A stretch of DNA of 35,972 nt from a virus (taxonomy: Duplodnaviria > Caudoviricetes). Positions within the stretch are counted from its first letter, which is position 1; each line of letters opens with the position of its first letter. The position numbers were made by a program, and so were the translations under genes. The stretch is from the IMG/VR virus record IMGVR_UViG_3300012953_006567, positions 1 through 35,972 of that record, one strand, 5' to 3'. Below are positions 27,955 to 35,972 of this stretch, piece after piece. The notes under the pieces were generated by a model. It ran no database searches and had not been told where the DNA came from. It worked only from the letters and a program-made list of their open reading frames with translations.

Positions 27955-28487
27955 ATCGTGTTTCCTGCACAAACATATCTTGAACCTGAGAATTTTTTAG
28001 GTTTCACTTCATGTGATACCCAACCAGGAAAAAATAATAAATTACCTCTTTCACTATATATTTTTCTACCATCTTGTATTTCTAATGGTGGAAAATCTTC
28101 GGATTCATTTAGGTTCATACAAAAAGACCACCTACAAGGTCTATGATTGTGTTCTCTTGCATAATCATCACTCTTATATTTAGCACACCAGATATCCGAA
28201 ACTTTAAGGTGTAACTTATTTTCAATCAATATGTTCTCAACGATACCTATCATATCTTCGAAAATATCCTTATATTTAGAATTTAGTTGTGTTTTATATT
28301 CTGTCATCTGACAGAAAAGATTTGTGGTAAACCCCATTTCATCACCAGTCTCATCCATCATTGATATTAACGAATCAAGTAATATATCATCATTTACTTT
28401 ATACTTGATTATTGGTATTGGAAATGACCTTTCATACCAACCAACATCAGGTGTAATACACTCTATTCTATGTTCCGAGTCCGACAT
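27951..28487 (-). CDS. Putative 2OG-Fe(II) oxygenase
   Basis: W...Y...AREHNH, WSF, LLFFPGWVSHEV, RYVCAGN. Confidence 0.8.
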   Translation of the reverse strand: MSDSEHRIECITPDVGWYERSFPIPIIKYKVNDDILLDSLISMMDETGDEMGFTTNLFCQMTEYKTQLNSKYKDIFEDMIGIVENILIENKLHLKVSDIWCAKYKSDDYAREHNHRPCRWSFCMNLNESEDFPPLEIQDGRKIYSERGNLLFFPGWVSHEVKPKKFSGSRYVCAGNTI

Positions 28488-28728
28488 CGTTCATAATTGT
28501 CGTGGGTACTTTACCACAATTCCCACAACTATAGATATCAATTGGTGCAAGAGCCTCTTCACCCGTTGGTGACATGATTGCAGATATTCGTTTGATTATA
28601 GTTGCCTTTATCCAAACATAGTTATCACAATCCTCACATTTCATAGTTTCAGCCTGAGATAGATCAACTTGTACTTTCTGAGGTTGTGGTTGTTGACCGG
28701 GTTGAGGTTTAAATTTTCTTTTTGCCAT
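28468..28728 (-). CDS. Small Zn-ribbon protein
   Basis: CEDC...CGNCG; AGGAG SD. Confidence 0.75.
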   Translation of the reverse strand: MAKRKFKPQPGQQPQPQKVQVDLSQAETMKCEDCDNYVWIKATIIKRISAIMSPTGEEALAPIDIYSCGNCGKVPTTIMNDVGLGT

Positions 28729-28737
28729 TTTTTCTCC

Positions 28738-29346
28738 TTAAATTATTTCGTCAATTAACCCATACTTTAAACAGGTTTCAGCATCCCATAATAAATCGTG
28801 TTTCAATATTTCATCAAGTTTCTTCATTGGAACTTTAGTATATTTCTTATACACATCTTTAATGGTTTTCATCATCAAATCAAGATTCTGTTTCTCATCC
28901 TCGAAATTAGAGTATGTTCCCCAAAACTGACTTGATAGTTGATGAATCAGCATATAGGAATTACGACTCATAAATCTATAATTACCCACCACCGATAGGA
29001 ATGTTGCTGCACTTGCTGCAAATCCATCTACATATGTATGAACAGGTACCTTAGTTCTTAATATAGTATCCATAGATGCTATACCACTAACTACACTACC
29101 ACCACCTGAATTTATGTATATTCTTAAAGTTGGTGGTACTTCTAAATCCAATGTATTACATAGAGTCAAACTCTTCGTTTCAATTTCACCTATCTTTTTA
29201 TTAAGTTCAGATGCACTATCTCTATTCACATTTGAATAATAATAAATTTTATTCTCGTGAACTGAAATATGTTTTTCTGATTTATTAGAGGTATTTACAG
29301 TTTTTAATGTGGGTGATTTTTTCTCACCCCAATATCTTTGTTCCAT
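28738..29346 (-). CDS. clpP: ClpP-like serine protease (paralog 1)
   Basis: YINSGGGSV, GFAASAA (Ser), MLIHQ (His), DLLWDAETCLKYGLIDEI. Confidence 0.88.
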   Translation of the reverse strand: MEQRYWGEKKSPTLKTVNTSNKSEKHISVHENKIYYYSNVNRDSASELNKKIGEIETKSLTLCNTLDLEVPPTLRIYINSGGGSVVSGIASMDTILRTKVPVHTYVDGFAASAATFLSVVGNYRFMSRNSYMLIHQLSSQFWGTYSNFEDEKQNLDLMMKTIKDVYKKYTKVPMKKLDEILKHDLLWDAETCLKYGLIDEII

Positions 29347-29552
29347 TACTCTATCACATCCACTATTTTAGATTGTTTTGCTACAATGGTTTCGAATACA
29401 AATACTGAATCCTTTAACCATTCATTTACTTTTGTTTCTGCAACACTTACCGAATCACATTCAACCAAGTAAGTCTTACGGACTTTCTTTTCCTTTACTC
29501 CGTTTTTTGTCTGTATTTCCTCAATGAATACAACCGTTGCTTCAAAGTACAT
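29346..29552 (-). CDS. Small protein, DUF4494-like
   Basis: YFEATV...NGVKEKKVRKTYLVECDSVSVAE resembles DUF4494 from memory; AGGAG SD. Confidence 0.55.
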   Translation of the reverse strand: MYFEATVVFIEEIQTKNGVKEKKVRKTYLVECDSVSVAETKVNEWLKDSVFVFETIVAKQSKIVDVIE

Positions 29553-29561
29553 TATAACTCC

Positions 29562-30479
29562 TTATTTAACTATTTGTAAAATTTCTATTAACATAGCCAT
29601 CGCGTTAATTTCCTTATCCACAACTTGAGCATCGGATAATTCATATTTTGCTATAACCAATATACATTCGGCCACATGACCTCTACCATAAATATCCACT
29701 TCATCATACAAAAGACGAAATAAATCTGCAAAATCCGTAACCTTACTATCTGCCATTAACTGACGAATATTCTTAAATGCATTTTTCTTATCTTGTGTTT
29801 TGAGAATATCTAACAACTTCATCTTGTAATCATTCTCCACAATACTCTGCTTATCAATTGTTAATTTACCACCAAGTGATTGTCTTTGTGCACCATTGAT
29901 AACTCGTCTGATATCTGGATAACCACTATTGACCAACATTTTTAAATCTTCCATCTCATATTTTATACTTTCATCGGTCAAAATATTATGTAAATGTTTT
30001 GCAACATCATTTTTATTTGGTGGTATAACTTGAAATATTTGACACCGTGATTGTATCGGGTCGATTATTCTCTCGACAAAATTACAAGTCAAGATGAACC
30101 TACAATGTTTACTAAATGTTTCCATTAGGTTACGAAGTGCTGCCTGAGAGTGTGGACTTATAAAATCAACCTCATCTAAGATTATGATTTTCATATCTTG
30201 AAATCCTATCGTTGATGCAAAGTTTCTAACCTTTGGTATCAAATCATCGACTCTTCTTACATCAGATGCGTTAATGTATAGATGGTCACAATTTATGTTA
30301 TTCATAAGTAGTTTTGCCAATGTCGTTTTACCTGTACCAGCCTTACCAAATAACATCAAGTGTGGAATATCACCACTATCTAAATATACTTTAACCTTCT
30401 CTTTTAATTGTTCATTACCAATATATGTATCAAGATTACTTGGTCTATATTTTTCTACCCAAAGGGTGTGATCATTCAT
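29562..30479 (-). CDS. Clamp loader large subunit (T4 gp44 / RFC small-subunit-like AAA+ ATPase)
   Basis: LWVEKYRP, GKAGTGKTT (Walker A), INASD, ILDEVD (Walker B), SRC motif. Start at the ATGA overlap (ORF track 30497). Confidence 0.93.
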   Translation of the reverse strand: MNDHTLWVEKYRPSNLDTYIGNEQLKEKVKVYLDSGDIPHLMLFGKAGTGKTTLAKLLMNNINCDHLYINASDVRRVDDLIPKVRNFASTIGFQDMKIIILDEVDFISPHSQAALRNLMETFSKHCRFILTCNFVERIIDPIQSRCQIFQVIPPNKNDVAKHLHNILTDESIKYEMEDLKMLVNSGYPDIRRVINGAQRQSLGGKLTIDKQSIVENDYKMKLLDILKTQDKKNAFKNIRQLMADSKVTDFADLFRLLYDEVDIYGRGHVAECILVIAKYELSDAQVVDKEINAMAMLIEILQIVK

Positions 30480-31690
30480 ATTTTTTTCCATATCCAAATT
30501 GGTTCTCCAAATGCCTGGTTTTTAGTTTCTTGTGATTTCTCTTTAAGGTCATCCGAGTAGTAATCACTAACAGCGTTTCCAGCTCCTGCTGAATTGAATC
30601 TCTTAGTCATCTCCATTCCTATACAACCCTCGTATTTTAATCCTTGTGACTTTATATAGTCATTCATAGCGTTTGTTATATCAACATAACCCTTTACGGA
30701 TTCATGATAAACATCTGCTATATTTACGGCAAGTATACCATCCTTCTTTAATGTAGGTATCAACTTACCGATTGTTTTGTGTAGGAAATTTTCATTCCAA
30801 CTATCTATCGTGGTATACCTTTTAAAACTTTGGGTATCCTCGTCACTATACTTCTCCACATCAAAATAAGGTGGTGAAGTAAATATGGTATCGAAATGAT
30901 TTTCATAATCTTTATAGTCCACATCTTCTGCTGGACTACATATCAAATCGACTTTCTTCTCTTCTTCAAAAAATGTTTGATGTTTTTTGTAAAACTCTAC
31001 TTGTCTCTTATAGTTAGGGTGGTTTTTTGAATTAGGATCTATCCCAACATAATGTTTGGTAGTTTCCCCACAATAGAAACCTGCCAACCTGTCTCCCCAA
31101 CCAGCACTAAAATCAAGTACATTTTCACTCTCGAAATAATCATAGAATGCCTTTGCTATACTTGGTTTGAATTGTGATGCTACATACTTTCTCAAAGTTG
31201 TGGCCATTCTAAGAGTTTGTAAATCAACCTTGAGTAAGACCTTTTCTAATGTGTAGTATGCCCTTACTATGGTTTTAATTCCCTTTACAGTTTGCCATGT
31301 TTTCCATCCACTTGGCATCCTTGTCCAATCAACCTTCCATCTATTCTCTATATGAAACGGATTAGATGCGTTATTTCCCTTATTATCTCGTTTGAAATAT
31401 TTCGGTGTTAATTGATACTTAGTATCTCTTTCGTTTCTCGGAAACCATTGACCTTCTATTAGTAAATCAGGCCATTTGATTCCCTTGAGTTTGTTGAGAC
31501 TTTTTAATGTGTCCTTTTCGGATATATTAGGTACAGGACAAGGATAAGTATGAAGTGCCTTTGATAACTCCTCAATCACATCATCCTTTTCATATGTATC
31601 CATTATATGTTTCCATTCTTTTGCATCTATGAAAAGATATGGTTTCATATTATAAAACTTCTTAAAATAACTCTCTATGTCTTTTTCCAT
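30476..31690 (-). CDS. Putative amino (N4C/N6A)-type DNA methyltransferase, paralog 2
   Basis: SQFKPSIAK, LDFSAGWGDRLAG, FTSPPYF. ORF track extends to 31696. Confidence 0.82.
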   Translation of the reverse strand: MEKDIESYFKKFYNMKPYLFIDAKEWKHIMDTYEKDDVIEELSKALHTYPCPVPNISEKDTLKSLNKLKGIKWPDLLIEGQWFPRNERDTKYQLTPKYFKRDNKGNNASNPFHIENRWKVDWTRMPSGWKTWQTVKGIKTIVRAYYTLEKVLLKVDLQTLRMATTLRKYVASQFKPSIAKAFYDYFESENVLDFSAGWGDRLAGFYCGETTKHYVGIDPNSKNHPNYKRQVEFYKKHQTFFEEEKKVDLICSPAEDVDYKDYENHFDTIFTSPPYFDVEKYSDEDTQSFKRYTTIDSWNENFLHKTIGKLIPTLKKDGILAVNIADVYHESVKGYVDITNAMNDYIKSQGLKYEGCIGMEMTKRFNSAGAGNAVSDYYSDDLKEKSQETKNQAFGEPIWIWKKI

Positions 31691-32895
31691 ACCCAAATAG
31701 GTTCTCCGAATTTTTTATCTTCTTTATTTTCAAGTGATTTTTCTGTCCACACAGAACCCTCATAACTTTTTGCCGTTCCAGCTCCACCACTATTAGGTCG
31801 TTTGGCCATTTCCATTCCAATACAACCTTGATACTCTCCTAACTTGGATAAGTAGTCATTCATAGGATTACAAATCTCTAACCAACCCCTTTCGGTACTC
31901 CATTTAGCATTTGAATAAACATCACTAATATTCACTAATAAATATCCACCAACTTTTATAGAATCCCATAAATTACCCAAGGTCGAATGTAAGAAATCTT
32001 TGTTCCAATCATCTATATCTTTGTATCTAACCCAACTTTGAGTATCATCATAGCTATAGCGTTCCACACTAAAGTACGGTGGACTCGTAAATACCATATC
32101 GAAATGTTCTTTGTACGGGGCGAAATCAAAATCTTCCGCGGGACTACAATGAAAATCACACTTTCTATCGTGTTCAAAAAATCCCAAATGTTTTTGGTAA
32201 AACTCTGATTGTTTCTTGTAGATAGGGTGATTCTCCTTTCTTGGATCCAAACCAACATAGTGTTTACCATGTTCACTTGCATAAAATCCAGCCAACCTAT
32301 CACCCCATCCCATTGAGAAATCAAGTATGTTTTCAGACTTGAACATATCATAAATTATCTTTGCTACATTAGGTTTAAACTGAGAACAAATATACTTTCT
32401 CAACCCAATCATGGTTCTCAATATATTCTTGGTAATCTTAGGCATCTTCAATGAGTAAGCACTACCCATGAGTGTCGTCATAAACTTTTCACTTTCCCAA
32501 GTTCTCTTAGGACCTGGACTTACTGAACCATCTACTGACCATCTATTTTCTACTTGGAAGTAGTTACTTGCAATATTACCAGCATTGAGTCGTCTAAAAT
32601 ATAATGGTTTCCCATCGTGTAGTAAATCATATGTGTATTCAGTTCCCTCTCTAGCATACCATTCACCCTCAACCATAATTTCATTCCACTTCATACCTTT
32701 GAGTTTTTGGAAATCTTTATATGCCTTCTTTTCGGTCAAATCAGGATATGGTAATGGATAGGTCATTGCAACTTTAGCAAGACTTTCTTTTACATCATCC
32801 TTGTCGAATGTTTCCTTTATGTACTCCCAATCCTTTTCATCTATTTCGAGATAGGGCTCCATATTATAAAATTTATCAAAGTAATCTATATACAT
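31675..32895 (-). CDS. Putative amino (N4C/N6A)-type DNA methyltransferase, paralog 1
   Basis: SQFKPNVAK, LDFSMGWGDRLAG, FTSPPYF. Confidence 0.82.
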   Translation of the reverse strand: MYIDYFDKFYNMEPYLEIDEKDWEYIKETFDKDDVKESLAKVAMTYPLPYPDLTEKKAYKDFQKLKGMKWNEIMVEGEWYAREGTEYTYDLLHDGKPLYFRRLNAGNIASNYFQVENRWSVDGSVSPGPKRTWESEKFMTTLMGSAYSLKMPKITKNILRTMIGLRKYICSQFKPNVAKIIYDMFKSENILDFSMGWGDRLAGFYASEHGKHYVGLDPRKENHPIYKKQSEFYQKHLGFFEHDRKCDFHCSPAEDFDFAPYKEHFDMVFTSPPYFSVERYSYDDTQSWVRYKDIDDWNKDFLHSTLGNLWDSIKVGGYLLVNISDVYSNAKWSTERGWLEICNPMNDYLSKLGEYQGCIGMEMAKRPNSGGAGTAKSYEGSVWTEKSLENKEDKKFGEPIWVWKKT

Positions 32896-33443
32896 TAAAA
32901 GAACTCGTGATTTATAGTTTGTTTCATTTCTATTTTTATTTTTTCGTAAAATTCTTCACCATAGGTTTCAATTAAGGCTTTTTTGGATTGTAACCAAATC
33001 TGATGAACAATATTCTCTATCTTATCATCTAATATAAGTTCATCTCTTTTATTCTTATGTGACTTTTTTAATTTATAATGGTATTTACCTTCTTCAATTC
33101 TATCCAATTCATAATCTTGTGGTTTTGGACAATGTAAGAAAGCCCAATTACCAAGAATTATACGATTTGACTTGTTTGGTTCTAATGGATACATCTTACA
33201 AAACACAGGTCTATCATCACCTAAACTACATCCACTTCCATCTTTACTTAGTAAATCACAACAACCATTTTGTTGCCATTCCAACTCTAAGTCTAATCCA
33301 AACTTTTTTTGGTATTTTTCTTGTTCTTCTTCTGTGATTTCAACATGAAAGGAATTGTGGTTACAACAACCGAAGTTACACAAACCACACATTATCTTTT
33401 TTTCCAACCACGCCTTAGAAAAAGTCGTGTTTGACTTGCTCAT
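32895..33443 (-). CDS. CxxCxxCC (YkgJ/UPF0153/FliB-like) putative Fe-S or Zn cluster protein
   Basis: CGLCNFGCC...CCDLL...CSLGDDRPVFCKMYP...HCP. Confidence 0.8.
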   Translation of the reverse strand: MSKSNTTFSKAWLEKKIMCGLCNFGCCNHNSFHVEITEEEQEKYQKKFGLDLELEWQQNGCCDLLSKDGSGCSLGDDRPVFCKMYPLEPNKSNRIILGNWAFLHCPKPQDYELDRIEEGKYHYKLKKSHKNKRDELILDDKIENIVHQIWLQSKKALIETYGEEFYEKIKIEMKQTINHEFF

Positions 33444-34395
33444 GTTTCCTTCTCATTTCTCTATCAATTATGGTTTCGTATTCTGATTTATACCATTTAA
33501 TTTTCTCAACATACTTCAGGTCGTATTCCTTGACTCCCACATCCCAAAACAATACTTTTTTGGATGGTTTGATATTATTAATCATCCATTCCCAAGCCTT
33601 AGCCTCATAGGTTTGGTCAAGTGGCAAACCCTCTTGTAGTTTTAATTTGTATTGATACGGAAAATTTGATTGTACTACTGAAAAGTCTCCATCAAACTTG
33701 TACTTATCAGGTAGTCTATCGTATGATGCCTTTCTATTCCTATGAACATACTCACTTAGAGCAACTGGATGTATGGTTTTAACATTTTTTTTGTTAAACA
33801 ACTTACACCCCATAGCGACTCCTAACATAGATAAACCACTTCCTGCTATCCCCACGATGGTTTCAACTTCATCAGGTATATTCTTCACCTGTTGTGCAAC
33901 GGTTTTCATCACTTCAAACCCATTCATTCCAAATTTAATCTGAAAATAACCAGTCTCCACCACGAGTTTTTTAGCATCAAGCTCAGGACCTGATATGTTG
34001 GGATTACCCACACCATACACTTTAGCACCAAACTTTTGAGACAATGAAGAATTAATTCTATAACTATCTATTATATGATCTGGATAGTGTGGAATCGTAA
34101 TCAAACATTTCAATCCAAAGTATTTTGCTACTGCACTTGTGATACAAGATTGTGGTGATGGAATACCAGCCGCAGTTAGTATTCCACCATTACAATCATT
34201 CTTGATGTGGTCTAAATTATCATAAACAAGTTTAGCACATTGTCTGACTTTACCACCACTTACACCTGCAAGATTAAAAAGGTCGTCTCGTTTGACCGAG
34301 TAACCATTGTGTTCTTCAATCGGTGTAAGTTCGTTTACCCAATCGTGAAAATGTTCTTCACTAAAAGTTGGGAAATTGTCGAGATTAATCGACAT
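33415..34395 (-). CDS. Fold-type II PLP-dependent enzyme (ACC deaminase/D-cysteine desulfhydrase-like)
   Basis: LTPIE...VKRDDL...SGGKVR (PLP Lys), SPQ, AGSGLS phosphate loop, LDQTYEAKAW, VLFWDVG. Confidence 0.82.
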   Translation of the reverse strand: MSINLDNFPTFSEEHFHDWVNELTPIEEHNGYSVKRDDLFNLAGVSGGKVRQCAKLVYDNLDHIKNDCNGGILTAAGIPSPQSCITSAVAKYFGLKCLITIPHYPDHIIDSYRINSSLSQKFGAKVYGVGNPNISGPELDAKKLVVETGYFQIKFGMNGFEVMKTVAQQVKNIPDEVETIVGIAGSGLSMLGVAMGCKLFNKKNVKTIHPVALSEYVHRNRKASYDRLPDKYKFDGDFSVVQSNFPYQYKLKLQEGLPLDQTYEAKAWEWMINNIKPSKKVLFWDVGVKEYDLKYVEKIKWYKSEYETIIDREMRRKHEQVKHDFF

Positions 34396-35104
34396 CCTGA
34401 ACGGCTACCAAGTAGTAAGTTACATCGTAATCATCAACCTTAAAGTTGATACGAGCTAAACCATCTTGTGCCACTTCGAGAGTTGCACTTTCACATTCTT
34501 TGTTAGCAACCAATACATCTTTAAACAAGTTAGCGTTAAAAGACACATTGTTGATGTTTTCCGCCTCTTCGGTCTGTACAGGAATTGTTACACGATTCGT
34601 GTTTATTGAAGCATAACCAATTACAACTTGTACTCCACTGTCATCTGATAAAACCGTAAAGGTTTCAGTATCACTTAGAGCACTTTTTCCACTAATAAAC
34701 CTCACGATAAACTGAGTATCGACTTTGATTTTCACTTGAAATTCAGGAAGTTGTTTTAGTGCTGGTGGTTGGTTAATAACTGATTTATCCGATAACATAA
34801 AATTAACAGATGAATGTTGGTCTGAAACCTCAAGAGCAATAGCCTTATCACCACTACTTTTCAAATTATATGTAACATCATCTGATAATACACTTAATAG
34901 TTTACTTAACTGTTCAGTATCATAAACCCCAAGTTCTGTAGCATCAAAATCGAAGTTATCAACACTCAACTCACCCAACAGAGCTTTATCACCTGTGATA
35001 AACCTTGTGTTGAGTTTATTGTTTTTACTATTGATTACAACAGCATTTACATTACCACCTAAATGATATTTATCAATAAACCGTGTTAATTTAACTTTTT
35101 CCAT
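34385..35104 (-). CDS. Sliding clamp (T4 gp45/PCNA-like)
   Basis: 239 aa, GVYDTEQL, FNANLFK, GLARINF...YYLVA C-terminus; adjacent to DNA polymerase. Confidence 0.8.
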   Translation of the reverse strand: MEKVKLTRFIDKYHLGGNVNAVVINSKNNKLNTRFITGDKALLGELSVDNFDFDATELGVYDTEQLSKLLSVLSDDVTYNLKSSGDKAIALEVSDQHSSVNFMLSDKSVINQPPALKQLPEFQVKIKVDTQFIVRFISGKSALSDTETFTVLSDDSGVQVVIGYASINTNRVTIPVQTEEAENINNVSFNANLFKDVLVANKECESATLEVAQDGLARINFKVDDYDVTYYLVAVQDVD

Positions 35105-35126
35105 TTATTATTCTCCTTATATTCTG

Positions 35127-35140
35127 TATATACATATATA
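35127..35140 (-). promoter_or_regulatory. Putative phage promoter motif TATATATGTATATA
   Basis: Identical to 12839-12852; intergenic, upstream of AAGGAG SD and the clamp gene. Confidence 0.55.
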
Positions 35141-35155
35141 CAAGTTTTCTCAAAA

Positions 35156-35972
35156 TTAAAAAAATCTTTCTATACTTTGTTCTTGATCTACTGGTTTACC
35201 CCAGTCCAAACAATCGTAGAACATTTGTATTTTTTTAGTTAGTGCCTGATCATAAATTTTATCTATATCCATTGTGTTTTTTATGAATTCCATTATTTCA
35301 GGTGGGTCCTCATAACCTTTATATGCAACAACCTTTAGTCCCAATGGATTATTCTTCAAGTATACCCAACGAATTTTATCACCATTATTTATAAACCCAT
35401 ACTTCTTGTCTTGTCCAAAATATCTAACCAAATCATTATATGCTATCGCCGCTTTTACATGAACAGGACACCCTTTCTTTGTTTCTGAAAATGATGAAGT
35501 ATTCTCTTTATTTTTTTGTAGATATTTCCAAATACCCTTTACACCAGTTGGTGATGATATTTCATCTAATGGGCTAAATTTCATATTTTTCTTAAACCTA
35601 ACAATCCTATGGTCTACCTTGTCTTTTGGAACACTTGCCAAAATATCATCTAACACATTAGATAACAACTTTCTAAACGATGGGGCGAAGTTACTACGAA
35701 CCGTATCTAAACCCTTCACCATAGTTTTATTCACTTGAACACCATTATCGGATATAATCTTCATACCATATCGTTTCTTCACAATGAACAATCCAGCTTT
35801 TGCTACAATTTCTTGTTTAATCTCAAATCTATGAATATCGAGATTACAAAACTTTTGTGCAAAATAATCATAACTTTTATTTAGATAACCTTGTACTTCG
35901 GTAGCTATCTCATTAATTCTTTGAGTTTTCATCACATCACTTAACTCTTGATTTGGATATCTCTTTTCAATC
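35156..35972 (-). CDS. Family B DNA polymerase, C-terminal part (T4 gp43-like; runs off right edge)
   Basis: KKRY, KGLDTVRS, PVHVKAA, NGDKIRWVYLK, C-terminal SIERFF. I checked that the frame is open to the window edge. Confidence 0.92.
   Translation of the reverse strand, partial: IEKRYPNQELSDVMKTQRINEIATEVQGYLNKSYDYFAQKFCNLDIHRFEIKQEIVAKAGLFIVKKRYGMKIISDNGVQVNKTMVKGLDTVRSNFAPSFRKLLSNVLDDILASVPKDKVDHRIVRFKKNMKFSPLDEISSPTGVKGIWKYLQKNKENTSSFSETKKGCPVHVKAAIAYNDLVRYFGQDKKYGFINNGDKIRWVYLKNNPLGLKVVAYKGYEDPPEIMEFIKNTMDIDKIYDQALTKKIQMFYDCLDWGKPVDQEQSIERFF

Noticed and set aside
30470-31700. Similar N-termini MDMEKN (loader) and MGMEKD (methyltransferase 2) as a shared leader
   Set aside because: They arise from the conserved W-x-W-K-K codons at the ends of the two upstream paralogs read in another frame.
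32013-32351. 112-aa alternative-frame minus-strand ORF inside methyltransferase 1
   Set aside because: Fully nested in a conserved catalytic region and has no motif; probably a chance open frame.
395-34443. All plus-strand ORFs in the track (61-148 aa)
   Set aside because: They are antisense shadows of well-supported minus-strand genes, with no recognisable motifs.
1-35972. Stop-codon reassignment, as in some jumbo phages
   Set aside because: Genes tile the window under the standard code, and TAA, TAG and TGA all end genes at sensible junctions.
1-35972. tRNA, rRNA, structured ncRNA or intrinsic terminators
   Set aside because: Intergenic gaps are about 50 nt or less and AT-rich; I saw no cloverleaf or GC hairpin with a U-tract.

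Overview
AT-rich fragment of a large T4-like or jumbo dsDNA bacteriophage, probably aquatic and uncultured. Every credible gene is on the minus strand, tightly packed with many ATGA/TAATG overlaps, and the standard genetic code fits. In transcription order (right to left): (1) A replication core of family B DNA polymerase (partial), sliding clamp, and clamp-loader large and small subunits. (2) A cassette between clamp and loader: fold-type II PLP enzyme, CxxCxxCC (YkgJ/FliB-like) protein and two tandem SPPY-type methyltransferases. The PLP and CxxCxxCC proteins end in FF tails resembling the polymerase's clamp-binding tail. (3) A ~10 kb island between the two loader subunits. It centres on an 889-aa protein that appears to be circularly permuted ATP-grasp + Hint (ending VHN) + Pro-rich LamG-like domain. 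Around it are four 2OG-Fe(II) oxygenases, a GNAT, a sulfotransferase, a SET protein, a divergent lipoate-ligase-like enzyme, an EamA transporter and a porin-like protein. (4) A third methyltransferase, a second ClpP, a DUF1599/Nmad1 protein, thioredoxin and a PD-(D/E)XK nuclease. (5) A ~14 kb glycan cluster (glycosyltransferases, Gmd, DegT, UDP-sugar dehydrogenase) that also contains FabH, an SDR, a PhyH-like and an Mpo1-like gene. The best candidates for undescribed systems are (3) and (2). All family calls come from motif recognition by eye; no database searches were run.
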